Shown: piece after piece, positions 10,432 to 21,000 of the stretch
Layout: every line of letters begins with the position of its first letter
Numbering within the stretch: the first letter of the stretch is position 1
Source of the DNA: Candidatus Eiseniibacteriota bacterium
Lineage (GTDB): Bacteria > Eisenbacteria > RBG-16-71-46 > CAZAMP01
Direction of reading: 5' to 3'
Assembly (NCBI GenBank): GCA_965224245.1
Contig: OZ245046.1
Span: 1,440,001 to 1,504,000 of the forward strand
DNA length: 64,000 nt
The notes under the pieces: model-generated
What the model was told of the DNA's origin: nothing
What the model saw: only the letters and a program-made list of their open reading frames with translations
Database searches by the model: none
Made by a program: the position numbers and the translations under genes

Positions 10432-12129
10432 CTAACGTGGACGGACGGCGGTCAGGACCAGCAGCACCTCACCCCGGTCGATCTTGTTCGGTGACGGGTC
10501 CGCGTAGGGATCGTCCGCGGTCGGGAATCCCCGGAACCGTCCGACGTTGTACTCCGCCCAGGACGGGTTCGGATAGAGCGGAATGGCCGGTGCCTCGGTC
10601 GCGAACGTGCGCTGGAGCTCGACGCCCAGCCGCCGCTGCTCCAGCGGGTCCGTCGCGGTCTCGAACTCGGCCAGGACCGCGTCCGCGGCCGGGCTTCCGA
10701 ACCGATGCCAGTTCGCGCCCGAGACCTCGCCGAGCGGCTTCACGGTCTCCGAACCCATCAGGCAGCGGTAGAAGGGATAGGGTGTGGCGCCCTCGACGGA
10801 CCAGCCCACCGAGAGGTCGAAGTCCCCCTCCTGCACGCGCTGGAACCACGCCGCAAAGTCGTACGAGCGGACGGACGCCGCGATCCCGATCTCGCCCAGC
10901 CCCCTTGCGATCACCTGGCAGGCGCGCACCCAGTCGGACCATCCGGCGACGGTGAGAATGTCGTAGCGCATCGGAGCGCCGCCGGGAAGCGTGCGTATCC
11001 CGTCGGCACCGCGGGCGAGGCCGGCCGCGTCCAGGAGCGCGTTGGCCCGATCGACGTCGAACAGCACCCAGTCGTTCTCGGCCACGACGTCGCCGCTTCG
11101 CCAGGAGGCGTAGGCGTCGCTCAGTCCCGTGACGTCTGCGGGCCGCGAGTAGCGGTGGCAGGCCACGTCCACGAGCAGCTCCCGGTCGATCGACAGACTG
11201 AGCGCCCTGCGAACGCCGGCGTCCGCAAACGGATCACGCATCGTGTTCGCGTAGAGAAAGACCGTGCTGCCGGTCAGCGGAAACCAGTACCGGTGGTGCT
11301 CAGGATCTCGTCCCACGTACACGCGATCGACCGCGGGGATGAAGTTGCCCGCCCAGTCGACCTCGTCGAACACGAGCGCGAGGTTGGCCCGGTCGTTCCC
11401 CGGATAGGCCGGGAAGCGAAGCGCGTCGATGTGCGGCCGATCCGGCTGCCAGTAGTGCGGGTTCCGGCCCAGCTCGAACACCTGTGACCGGAAGAACCGG
11501 ACCTCGGTGAACGGCCCGGTCGCCACCGGGTGCTCGTTCAGGAACGACACCGGCTCGTCGACGTCGCGCCACACGTGCTCGGGCACGATGGGCTGCGCCG
11601 CGATCTCGTCGAACCCGGGGACGAAGACGCGCCGGAACCGGAAGTCGATCGTTCGCGGGCCGACCTGCTCGACGTCGTCCAGGAACTGCCACACCCGCCG
11701 CCGATCCAGCGCGGGGTGGGCTCGCATCAGCTCGAACGTGTACACGACGTCTCGGGCCGTGAACGGGCGCCCGTCCGACCAGAGCACCGAATCGCGGAGC
11801 GCGACCCGGAGCGTCGCGTTGCCGTCGCGCCACTCGCGCGACAGCGCCAGCCAGGGGACGTGGCGGGCCTGGATGCTGTTGAACACGAACAGGGGCTCGT
11901 AGATGCCCGCCGTCGTCGGCCACCGCGCGGTGCTCGCCGTGGTCAGGGGGTTGAAGTTGCGGATCCACGACGCCGTCTGCTCCTGCGAGACGACGAGGAC
12001 GCCGTCGGGCAGCACGGGACGCTCCCGGACGCACGCGGTGGCCAGGAGCACGGTGCCGAGCGCGAGCGTCGCCCCGACGGCCCGCGAGGGGAACCGGGGA
12101 CCGGTGCACGGCATCCGTCCGACCGTCAT
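10432..12129 (-). CDS. Family 5 ABC substrate-binding lipoprotein (OppA-like, probably binds beta-glucan oligosaccharides)
   Basis: Lipobox LATAC, NFNP, WSDGRPFTARDVVYTF, PVATGPF, GWSDW; lies among glycoside hydrolases. Confidence 0.88.
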   Translation of the reverse strand: MTVGRMPCTGPRFPSRAVGATLALGTVLLATACVRERPVLPDGVLVVSQEQTASWIRNFNPLTTASTARWPTTAGIYEPLFVFNSIQARHVPWLALSREWRDGNATLRVALRDSVLWSDGRPFTARDVVYTFELMRAHPALDRRRVWQFLDDVEQVGPRTIDFRFRRVFVPGFDEIAAQPIVPEHVWRDVDEPVSFLNEHPVATGPFTEVRFFRSQVFELGRNPHYWQPDRPHIDALRFPAYPGNDRANLALVFDEVDWAGNFIPAVDRVYVGRDPEHHRYWFPLTGSTVFLYANTMRDPFADAGVRRALSLSIDRELLVDVACHRYSRPADVTGLSDAYASWRSGDVVAENDWVLFDVDRANALLDAAGLARGADGIRTLPGGAPMRYDILTVAGWSDWVRACQVIARGLGEIGIAASVRSYDFAAWFQRVQEGDFDLSVGWSVEGATPYPFYRCLMGSETVKPLGEVSGANWHRFGSPAADAVLAEFETATDPLEQRRLGVELQRTFATEAPAIPLYPNPSWAEYNVGRFRGFPTADDPYADPSPNKIDRGEVLLVLTAVRPR

Positions 12130-12953
12130 CGACTTCCTCGGTAGACGCGCACCCAGTCCACCAGCATCGTCTGCGGGAACGCCGTCGTCTCGTCCGGCGG
12201 CCCGACGAAGTGACCGCCGACCGCCACGTTCAGGATGATGAAGAACGGGTGATCGAACACCCAGCGTCCCCGATCCGCGATCGAGCGCGGGGTCAGCGTC
12301 TGGTAGCGCACGCCGTCCACCGTCCACGTGATCCGGTCCGCAGTCCACTCCACTCCGAAGACGTGAAACCCGGCGCCGAAGTCCCCGGCCGGCAGCGTGT
12401 ACCGCGCGGTCACGGCGCTGCCGCCGGAGTAGCCCGGCCCGTGAACGCTCCCCAGCACCAGGTTCGGCTCTTGCCCCCGGTACTCCATGATGTCGATCTC
12501 GCCGCAGTCCGGCCAGCCGGTGGTGGGGAAGTCGGCTCCGAGGAGCCAGAACGCCGGCCAGATGCCCCGTCCCACCGGGAGGCGGATCCGTGCCTCGAAG
12601 CGACCCTCCTCCTGCTCGAACAGGCCGAACGTCGTCAGCCGCGCAGACGTGTAGTCGCGTCCGCCGTAGCGCTCCTCCCTGGCCACGATCGCCAGATGGC
12701 CGGCCCCGTCGAGGGACGCGTTCTCGGGTCGGTCGGTGTCGTACTCCAGCTGCTGGTTGCCCCAGTCGGTGCCGACGTCGAACGTCCATCGCGACGTGTC
12801 GGGGAGCTCGCCGGCGGGTCCATCGAACTCGTCCTGCCACGACAGCTCCCAGGTGAACGCGTCCTCCCCGCAGGACGCGCCGACGAGCACGCTCCACGCG
12901 AGCGCGGCCAGCAGGATGCGTGCGACCGGAGGTGACGAGGTCGGGCCGCTCAC
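12126..12953 (-). CDS. GH16 laminarinase-type (endo-beta-1,3-glucanase) lipoprotein
   Basis: WQDEFDG, GIWPAFWLLG, GEIDIME catalytic motif, FFIILNVAVGG, VDWVRVY; lipobox-like GASC; GTG overlaps the ROK stop. Confidence 0.92.
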   Translation of the reverse strand: MSGPTSSPPVARILLAALAWSVLVGASCGEDAFTWELSWQDEFDGPAGELPDTSRWTFDVGTDWGNQQLEYDTDRPENASLDGAGHLAIVAREERYGGRDYTSARLTTFGLFEQEEGRFEARIRLPVGRGIWPAFWLLGADFPTTGWPDCGEIDIMEYRGQEPNLVLGSVHGPGYSGGSAVTARYTLPAGDFGAGFHVFGVEWTADRITWTVDGVRYQTLTPRSIADRGRWVFDHPFFIILNVAVGGHFVGPPDETTAFPQTMLVDWVRVYRGSR

Positions 12954-14227
12954 TGGGGCCTCGGACGCGCCGCATCGGCGGGAAACAGACGGGAGTCGCC
13001 GAGGGCGGCCTTCAGCACCAGCGTCGACGCGCCGATCGCGATCGTGCGCGGGCCGAGCTCGCTGGTGCAGATGTCGGTCGCGTCGATGGAGCTCAGGAGC
13101 GTGCGATGCCGAAGCGTCTCGCGCAGCGGGGCGAGCAGTCGTTCTCCGAGCCGCGAGAAGCCGCCGCCGATGATGACCCTGGCGGGGTTCATGAGGTTCA
13201 ACATACCGGCCAGCGCGACGCCGAGGTGTTCGGCCGCCTCGTTGACGACCTGCGTGGCCAGCTCGTCTCCCTGCAGTGCGGCGTTCTCGATCTGGGCCAC
13301 GGTCTGTGTTCCCGCCGCGACGGTGCTGTCGGGGTACTCGCCGGCGAGCGCACGGGCTCGGGCGACCAGGGCGTCGGCGCCCACGAACGTGGCCAGGCAG
13401 CCCCGGAGGCCGCACAGGCACGGGCCCCCGTTGGGATCGATCGCCATGTGACCGATCTCACCCGCGACCCCGGTCGCGCCGCGGTAGATCTCGCCCGCGA
13501 CGACGTGTCCGGAACCGACGCCGGTGGCCACTTTGACGTACGCGAAGTCCCGCAGCCCCTTGCCGGCCCCCCACCATTGCTCGGCCAGCGCGCCGAGGTT
13601 TGCGTCGTTGTCGATCAGGATCGGAACCTCGAAACGGCCGAGCACCTCTCGCACGCCGCTTCGCCCGTGCCACGCCGGCAGTACCGTCTCCGAGAGGTGG
13701 TCCGGATCGGCGGGATCGTGGGGGCTGGGAACGGCGACTCCGATGCCGAGGAGCGGTGGTGCATCAGCGGGTCGTGCCGCAAGACACTCGTTGCACAGCG
13801 CGACCATGACCGCGCGCGTGCCGTCGGGGTCCTCACGGACCTCGTGAGCGCGCTGTCGCCACGCGAGGACGCGTCCCCGCAGGTCGGTGAGGGCGACGGC
13901 CACGTGAGCGGCGCCCATCTCCACGCCGAGGATGCAGCAGGCGTCGTCGCGGAACTCGAGCACGATCGGACGCCGTCCGCCGCGGGAGCGACCCAGCCCG
14001 ACCTCGTACACGAGCCCGGTCGGGATCAGCGTGCTGACGATCTCCGAGATCGTCGATCTGGCCAGCCGGGTCTCGCGAGCCAGATCGGCGCGCGAGATGC
14101 GCCTCGCCTCCCAGATCAGGCCGAGCACGGTGTCGGTCAGCGGACGTGCGCGGGCGGGACTGGTGGCGCCGGAGTCACCGGACGGTGGGGCGTCGACCGG
14201 CGTCGAGCTCTCCTTGTCCACGTGCAT
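12950..14227 (-). CDS. ROK family transcriptional repressor (XylR/NagC-like)
   Basis: N-terminal HTH ISRADLARETRLARSTIS, GGRRP, IDNDANLGALAE, GEIGH...CLCGLRGC. Confidence 0.93.
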   Translation of the reverse strand: MHVDKESSTPVDAPPSGDSGATSPARARPLTDTVLGLIWEARRISRADLARETRLARSTISEIVSTLIPTGLVYEVGLGRSRGGRRPIVLEFRDDACCILGVEMGAAHVAVALTDLRGRVLAWRQRAHEVREDPDGTRAVMVALCNECLAARPADAPPLLGIGVAVPSPHDPADPDHLSETVLPAWHGRSGVREVLGRFEVPILIDNDANLGALAEQWWGAGKGLRDFAYVKVATGVGSGHVVAGEIYRGATGVAGEIGHMAIDPNGGPCLCGLRGCLATFVGADALVARARALAGEYPDSTVAAGTQTVAQIENAALQGDELATQVVNEAAEHLGVALAGMLNLMNPARVIIGGGFSRLGERLLAPLRETLRHRTLLSSIDATDICTSELGPRTIAIGASTLVLKAALGDSRLFPADAARPRPQ

Positions 14228-14251
14228 CTCCCGGGGTGGGTCGCCGGCCCT

Positions 14252-15658
14252 TCAGCGGTCCGAACGGAAGTAGAGGTTGTCGACGAACGCGACCGGCGTC
14301 GTCGTGCTGCCCTTGAGGATCATCTGCGCCAGGTGCTCGGTGCTCGCGAGGGACGCGAACGCGCTCAGCGGCACGTCCAGGCCGACCCATTCGCCGGTGG
14401 TGAGCGGCGGGTCGGAACTCGCGGTGAAGATGAGCTCTGCTTCGGTGTCGTCGCCGCTCTCGTCGAACACGCCGTTGGCACCGAAGTCGACCAGCTTGAT
14501 CAGAAGCCCGGTTCCCACCGGAAGGAACACGTCGACGTGGAGGTGCGTCATGTCCGACGCGTCGATCGTCGGCGCGTCGAACACGATGGCGGCGAAGCCG
14601 GGCGCCGCGATGTTCGAGTACGCCTTCACGTCGTCACCCGCGATGCGCACGTCCTCGACGGTGGCCGTCTCGGTCGCCCAGTCGGTCGAGAACGTGGTGA
14701 CCGGCACCGACGGGTACGCGTTGCTGAACAGCGAGATGACCGAGCCGCTGGGGGCGGTGGGCGCCGGAGCCGGGGCCGTCGGACCCTGGAGGTTGACGAG
14801 CGTCAGCGCACCCGTCGCGGGAATGTCACCCAGGCGCGCGGTGATGACCGCATCCCCCGGTCCGACGAGTCGGACGCGATCCCCGGAGATCGTGGCCACG
14901 CGCTCGTTGGACGAGGTGAACGTGAAGTAGCCGGGCTCGTGCCCGATGATCCGGTCGACGCCGTCGATCGAGAACGTCGTCGTGGTCCCCTCGACGGTCA
15001 GCGTACTCCCGACGAAGGTGGTGCGTGACTCCTCGGGCATCGCGGGGCGCGGGTCGGTGATCGTGCTCGACGTCACGAACCGGATCTCGTCGAACCAGAT
15101 CCGGTGCCCGCTCCCGTCGGGAGCCTCGAAGCCCTCGCCAAACCAGAAGAGCCCGCGCTCGTCGACGAGCTTCGCCGGCAGCGGAATGGGAATGACCACC
15201 TTCTGCCAGCTCGTGGTCAGCGGGATGTTCAGGCGGGCAACGCCGAAGCGAGAGGTTCCGGTGTTGTCGTTGCCCAGGCCGGCGGCGTTCAGCGTGCTCG
15301 GAACGCTCGACCTCGCGTAGAACGTGAGCGCGTTGTATCCGGTCAGGTTGCGGGCGTAGGTGGTGGTCATCGCCCCGCCGGCGAACAGGTTCTCGGTGGT
15401 GCCCGGCGGCTGCTCGGGGGGCACCACGACCTCCAGAGACGAGGTCCCGGCGAAGCGATCGCTCGAGACGACGTCGACCGCGTCGTACTTCGAGCCCAGG
15501 AAGGCCTCGAAGGTGACGGCCTCCCCGAACTCGTCGTCGAACACGATCGGATCGACGTTCGGCGGGGCTGGCTTCAACGTGTCCAGGTCTCGTCCGCTGC
15601 AGCCGAGGGCGAGAGCCGCCAGGGCCGGGACGAGGGCGAGAGCCGTCGAGCGTCTCAT
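14252..15658 (-). CDS. Surface glycan-binding-like lipoprotein (two CBM-like domains around an Ig-like/Big_2 domain)
   Basis: Lipobox LALGC; jelly-roll motifs (WQKVVIPIP, WFDEIRF, FVDNLYF); FTSSNERVATI Big_2-like segment; Pro-rich linker; no catalytic motif recognised. Confidence 0.7.
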   Translation of the reverse strand: MRRSTALALVPALAALALGCSGRDLDTLKPAPPNVDPIVFDDEFGEAVTFEAFLGSKYDAVDVVSSDRFAGTSSLEVVVPPEQPPGTTENLFAGGAMTTTYARNLTGYNALTFYARSSVPSTLNAAGLGNDNTGTSRFGVARLNIPLTTSWQKVVIPIPLPAKLVDERGLFWFGEGFEAPDGSGHRIWFDEIRFVTSSTITDPRPAMPEESRTTFVGSTLTVEGTTTTFSIDGVDRIIGHEPGYFTFTSSNERVATISGDRVRLVGPGDAVITARLGDIPATGALTLVNLQGPTAPAPAPTAPSGSVISLFSNAYPSVPVTTFSTDWATETATVEDVRIAGDDVKAYSNIAAPGFAAIVFDAPTIDASDMTHLHVDVFLPVGTGLLIKLVDFGANGVFDESGDDTEAELIFTASSDPPLTTGEWVGLDVPLSAFASLASTEHLAQMILKGSTTTPVAFVDNLYFRSDR

Positions 15659-15720
15659 GGGTCGGACTCCCCTCCACGTGGCCAGGGGGCGGATCGGACA
15701 TCGGGGGCGAGCGCCCCGGG

Positions 15721-15772
15721 ACTTTGTTCGGTTCACGATCAAACTATGCGAGGTGGACGTGGCGGCTGTCAA
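15721..15772 (-). promoter_or_regulatory. Sigma70-like promoter with third ROK-type operator
   Basis: Minus-strand TTGACA (15772-15767)-N18-CATAGT; palindrome ACTTTGTTCG-N5-CGATCAAACT at 15721-15745 overlapping the -10. Confidence 0.72.
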
Positions 15773-15877
15773 GACGTGACTCCGGAGTCGAGGACCCGTC
15801 CGTGCTCCGGGGGCTGGGGTGCGCCTCGAAGCAGGGGCTTCCGCGGTGGCATCGGGTCGAGTAACGTCGTCGTCATC

Positions 15878-16111
15878 ATGAGCCTACGCAACGAACGCCG
15901 CGTCTCGAGCGCGATCCTGGCGATGGTCCACGCGCTCCTGGCCGCCGCGCTGGTGGCGATGATGGCGAGCTACTGGCGGTACGTGTCCCCCGAGACGCGC
16001 GAGGCGCTCCCCCCATGGCTCGAGATCGGCTTCCCCGTTGCAATCTGCATCGGTGCTCTGCACTTCCTCCGCCGCTCGCTCCAGGCCTGGCGCCGGTTTC
16101 GGAACCCGTAA
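15878..16111 (+). CDS. Small two-TM membrane protein
   Basis: MSLRNERRVSSAILAMVHALLAAALVAMM...; two hydrophobic segments; fills an intergenic gap. Confidence 0.5.
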   Translation: MSLRNERRVSSAILAMVHALLAAALVAMMASYWRYVSPETREALPPWLEIGFPVAICIGALHFLRRSLQAWRRFRNP

Positions 16112-16223
16112 GTCGTTGTCCCTAATGTCGCGGGGATCCAGCCCACCGTGATGGCACGGTGCGTGCTCAACCATGCGGGACGCATTCCAACCGGACGACG
16201 GCGCTGCATCACGGGAGAAGGAC

Positions 16224-17171
16224 ATGTCCGACCAGTCGCGCACGGTGTTGCTGAGCCACGTGGCCCGCAGGCTCCTGGTTTCGGCGACGCGGCGGGCGCG
16301 CGCACCGATCTACTTGGATCTGGCCCGGGAACTGGTCGGAACAGGCGACGCGATCGCCCTCTGGAGACGCCGCGACGGCGCACACCGGGTCTCCATCGCC
16401 GGCGACCGCGTGAAGCGCGAGACGTTTGCTCCGCGAACCGATGCCTACGACGCCATTCAGCTGATCGAACAGCTCGCCGAGGGGGAGCAGTCGTTCGCGC
16501 GGCACGACCTGACGTGGTTGCCGGCGGATCGCGATCGGCCGGTCCGGCTCGTGCTGCCGGAGGGGCGGGCGCTGGGGGCGCTCCGACTGCTCGTCCCCTG
16601 CGGAGAGAGGGCCGGGTTCAGCGAGCTGTACGCCATCCTGCGGGCCCTCCGGCCACACTGGATCAAGTCGCGCCGGCTCCGGCGAGAGGCGGCGATCGAC
16701 CATCTGACCGGGGTCTTCAACTACGGTCACCTCCGACGCTACCTGAAACGGCTCTGCACGACGTCGACGACCCCGTTCTCGGTCATCATGCTGGATCTGG
16801 ACCACCTCCGGGACTACAACGCACGCTTCGGTCACCTGATGGGAAGCCAGGTGCTCGCGCAGCTCGGCGGCATCCTGAAGAAGACGCTCCGGAACGGGGA
16901 CTTCGTGGCCAAGTACGGCGGCGACGAGTTCGTCGTGATCCTCCGGGGCGCGTCGCGCTCGGACGCCGCGGACGTGGCGCTCCGGGTCAAGAACGCCGTG
17001 TGCCGGGCGAGCTTCTTCGGCGTGAGCCAGGGCTTCATCACGTGCTCGTTCGGAGTGGCCAGCTTCGACGAGGACGGTGACACGTTCGAGACGATCCTGC
17101 GCTCGGCCAACGAGGCGATCTTCGAGGCCAAGAACCGGGGTCGCAACACGATCGTCGTGGCCGGTCGGTAG
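16224..17171 (+). CDS. Diguanylate cyclase (GGDEF domain)
   Basis: DHLTGVFN, DLDHLRDYN..FGH..G, RNGD I-site, KYGGDEF; RBS GGAGAAGG before ATG 16224. Confidence 0.9.
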   Translation: MSDQSRTVLLSHVARRLLVSATRRARAPIYLDLARELVGTGDAIALWRRRDGAHRVSIAGDRVKRETFAPRTDAYDAIQLIEQLAEGEQSFARHDLTWLPADRDRPVRLVLPEGRALGALRLLVPCGERAGFSELYAILRALRPHWIKSRRLRREAAIDHLTGVFNYGHLRRYLKRLCTTSTTPFSVIMLDLDHLRDYNARFGHLMGSQVLAQLGGILKKTLRNGDFVAKYGGDEFVVILRGASRSDAADVALRVKNAVCRASFFGVSQGFITCSFGVASFDEDGDTFETILRSANEAIFEAKNRGRNTIVVAGR

Positions 17172-17275
17172 GCGCGGCTTCTCGGGTCCGACGCCGTCGG
17201 GTACGATGCGCGAGAACGCCGATCGTCCCGGCCACGGCGGCCGGGCAGCCTCGCACCCGGCCACGAACGGGGGTT

Positions 17276-17944
17276 GTGTTGACGGGCGACGTGAAGGCCC
17301 TCGTTGTCTCTTACGTGTACGTGTTCGCGATCATTGCGGTGGCCGAGCTCGTGCGACACCGATTGCGGCTGCCGGTGGACTTCACGCGCAAGGTCGTGCA
17401 CGTGGGCGTCGGGATCTGGGTCGTACCCACGCTTCTCCTGTTCACGGACTGGCGCTGGGCGATCGTGCCGCCGGCCACGTTCGTGGTCCTGAACCTCCTC
17501 TCGTACCGGTTCCGGCTGGTCGGGTCGATGGAGGAGGAGGGCACGGGCAATCTGGGAACCATCCTGTTTCCCATCGCGTTCATGGTTTTGATCGTCGTGT
17601 TTTGGCCACGCGGACGGCCGGACGTGGTCGCCGGCGGAATCCTGGTCCTCGCTCTCGGCGACGCCGCCGCGGCCATCGTCGGACGCCGGCTCGGACGGCA
17701 CCGGTACCGCGTGGGGTCCGCAGAACGCTCGATCGAGGGATCGGCGGCGATGGCGGTTTTCAGCTGGCTGGGGCTCCTGGCGGCCACCACGGTCTTCCCG
17801 GTCTCGGTCGCGCCGGGCGCGCTGGTGGCGGTGGCGCTGATCGCCACGGCCCTGGAGGCCGTCTCGGTGTATGGTTTCGACAACATTCTCGTGCCGGCCG
17901 GGACGGCGTTTGCGCTGTACGGGCTGGCGGGCCCGCCGATCTAA
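17276..17944 (+). CDS. Phytol/dolichol kinase-like CTP-dependent membrane kinase (cytidylyltransferase family)
   Basis: RKVVH, LALGDAAAAIVG, RSIEGS, EAVSVYGFDNI; polytopic membrane protein. Confidence 0.8.
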   Translation: MLTGDVKALVVSYVYVFAIIAVAELVRHRLRLPVDFTRKVVHVGVGIWVVPTLLLFTDWRWAIVPPATFVVLNLLSYRFRLVGSMEEEGTGNLGTILFPIAFMVLIVVFWPRGRPDVVAGGILVLALGDAAAAIVGRRLGRHRYRVGSAERSIEGSAAMAVFSWLGLLAATTVFPVSVAPGALVAVALIATALEAVSVYGFDNILVPAGTAFALYGLAGPPI

Positions 17945-18042
17945 GATAGAGTGCGAGCCCCGGCCGGTCGGTCCGGTGGCCCACCGTCGGATCCGCCGAG
18001 CCCTTTGCCGGTCACTCGACCCACACGACGGGAGTAGTCGCA

Positions 18043-21000
18043 ATGCGGAGGACCTCAAGGGTGATCGCCCGGGCGATCACCTCGACCGTGGCCGCGCTGG
18101 CCGTGCTCGCGGTCGTCCCGACGGGCGCCGGTGCGCAGTACTTCGGGAAGAACAAGGTCCAGTACCGCGAGTTCGAGTGGAAGGTGCTCGAGAGCGACCA
18201 CTTCGACCTCTACTTCTACGAGGGCGAGCGCCGCATCGCGGTCGACGCCGCGCGCATCGCCGAACGGGCCTACGACCGGCTGAGCGCCATTCTCGACCAT
18301 GAGTTCGAAGAGAAGATCCCGCTGATCATCTACGCGTCGCACACCGATTTCCAGTCCACGAACGTCTCGCCCGGACACATCAGCGAGGGAACGCAGGGCG
18401 TGACCGAGCTGATGAAGCGCCGCGTGTTCCTGCCGTTCACCGGCTCGTACTCGGAGTTCGTGCACGTGCTGGAGCACGAGCTCGTGCACGCGTTCCAGCT
18501 CGACATCCTCCTGCGTCGGTCCGACTCGGTGCTGGCCACGTCCACGAGCTACATCCCGCCCCTGTGGTGGATGGAGGGCATGGCCGAGTACCTGTCGTTG
18601 ATGGAGATCGACGAGCACACCGAGATGTGGCTGCGTGACGCGGCGCTCTCGGGCTACCTGGTCAGCGTGACCGACATGGCGTACGTCGGCGACATCCGGG
18701 TCTACCGGTTCGGGCAGGCCATCCTCGCCTACATCGGGGAGCGGTTCGGCAACACCAAGATCGGGGAGATCCACAAGGCGTCGCTGCGCACGCGTTCGCT
18801 GGAGCGGGCGATCGAGGACGTGCTCGGCATCTCGATCGAGCGCTTCTCCGAGGACTGGACGCAGCACGTGCGGCGCACGTACCTGCCCACGATCGCCGAC
18901 CACCTCAAGCCGACCGAGTTCGCCCGCCGCCTCACCAACGGTCGGGAGGACCTGGCGAACTTCAACCTCGCCCCGAGCGTGGATCCGGAAGGGCGTCGCT
19001 TCGTCTTCATCTCCGATCGCTCGCTCTACAACGACATCTACCTGGCCAGCGCGATCGATGGACAGGTGGATCGGCGCCTTATCAAGGGCGAGCGGACCGG
19101 CTCGTTCGAGTCGCTCCGCTTTCTCTACGCGAACATCGGCTGGTCTCCCGACGGGCGCGAGCTGGCGCTGGTGGCGAAGGACGGCGGAGAAGACGTCATC
19201 GTGATCTTCGACGTCGAGAGGCGCAAGGAGGTCGAGCGCATTCGACCCGATCTGGACGGCGTCCTCTCGCCCAGCTTCTCGCCCGACGGCGCTCGCATCG
19301 CGTTCAACGGACTCTCCCAGGGGTACTCGGACGTCTACGTGGTGTCGCGCGACGGCGGGGCGCCCGAGCGGCTGACCGCCTCGCGAAACGCCGCGCGGGA
19401 TCCCGTTTGGTCACCCGACGGCAAGTGGATCGCGTTCACGACCGACATCGGCCCGGGCACCGACTTCGACCAGCTCCGGTTCGGCGACTTCGTGATCGGG
19501 CTCTACGAGGTGGCCTCCGGCCGGGTCGTCGTACCGGACGGACAGAGCGGAAAGTGCATCAACCCGCAGTGGTCGCCGGAGGGCGACAAGATCCTCTTCG
19601 TGTCGGATCGCTCCGGGATCTCAAACGTGTACGCGATGTCGCTCGACGGGTCGGACGTGCGCCAGCTCACGAACATCCTCTCGGGCGTGACCGGCATCAC
19701 GTCGCTCTCACCGTGCTTCAGCCTCTCGCGCGACGGCAGCCGTCTGGTCTTCTCCGCGTTCTCGGGCGGCGGCTTCGACGTGTTCGCGATGGACTATCCG
19801 CTGGGAGTGCCCGAGGGCGACGAGGACGCGCCGAGGCCGGCCGCGTGGATCGTGGATGCCCGAGGGCTTCCCGGCGAGGACTTCGGCGAGGTCAGCGGAG
19901 TCGAGGGGACGACGGGGCGCGGAGCGACATCGGATCACGGGAGCGATGCGTCGGCCGCTGCCGTCTCCGAGCCGGGCGACGCCGACCTGATCGCCGACTC
20001 GGCGCCGGGCCGCGTCGAGGAGACCGGCGAGGACGTCGAGCCGTTGGCCGCCGACGTCGGCGACAGCGCTCCCTCCGATCCCACGGGTGCCGACGCCGAC
20101 GCGGACGCCGCAGGGGTGAGCACGTCGACCGGGACGGACGCCGCCGGCGAATCCGGGTCGAGCACGAGCGACATCGTGCCGACCGCGGACGACGTCTTCG
20201 CCACCGCGCGCGCCGACCTCGACGACGTCGTGGAGCCCGACCGGGACATCTACCGTCCCTTCGGCGAGGGCAGCCTCCCCGATTCCTCGAGCTTCAACTA
20301 CCACGACTATCGGCTGCGCTTCAGCCCCGACTTCGTCGCCGCCAACGGGCTCTTCGCATCCAACATCGGCGTGGCCGCCAACACGGCCATCGGCTTCAGC
20401 GACGTGCTCGGAAACCATCAGTTCGTGCTGGGGGCATCGGTGTACGGGTCGCTCCTGGACGCCGACATCTTCCTCAGCTACGCCAACCTGTCGCGGCGCA
20501 CGAACTGGGGCGTCTCCCTGTTCCAGTACCGGAGCGACTTCATCGTCGAGACCGCCGATGCCGACGGCGACAACGACTACATCAGCCAGATCCACCGGGG
20601 CCTCGAGTTCGCCATCAGCCGGCCGTTCAGTCGCTTTCGCCGGCTCGAGCTCGGCGTGGAGTTCCTGGGGATCGAGGAGCGCGTGTTCGGCTCCACGTAC
20701 GTCAGCACCTACGGACCCACCACGTTCATCGACCTGCCCGGAGACGGGGGAAGCCGCTTCTTCACCCGGCCCAGCGCGGCCCTCGTGTCCGACAACGTGA
20801 TCTACGGGAACACCGGCCCCATCTCGGGCTCGCGGTCCCGTCTCGAGGCCAGCCGCGCGGTGGGAGGCGTGGACTTCACGACCTTCTTCGGGGACTATCG
20901 AACGTACCTCAACACGCGGCAGCGCTACGTGGTCGCACTGCGCACGATCGCGGCCACGTCGTTCGGCGTCAATCCGCAGACCTTCCGCATCGGCGGGCCT

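Noticed and set aside
12126-13421. Extended N-termini of GH16, OppA (to 12975) and OppC (to 10231) in the ORF track
   Set aside because: The extensions overlap real upstream genes; coupled starts give proper signal peptides and lengths.
19800-20260. Repeat-like GAC/GCC-rich stretch, considered as a repeat array or CRISPR
   Set aside because: It is an in-frame low-complexity protein linker with no fixed repeat-spacer period.
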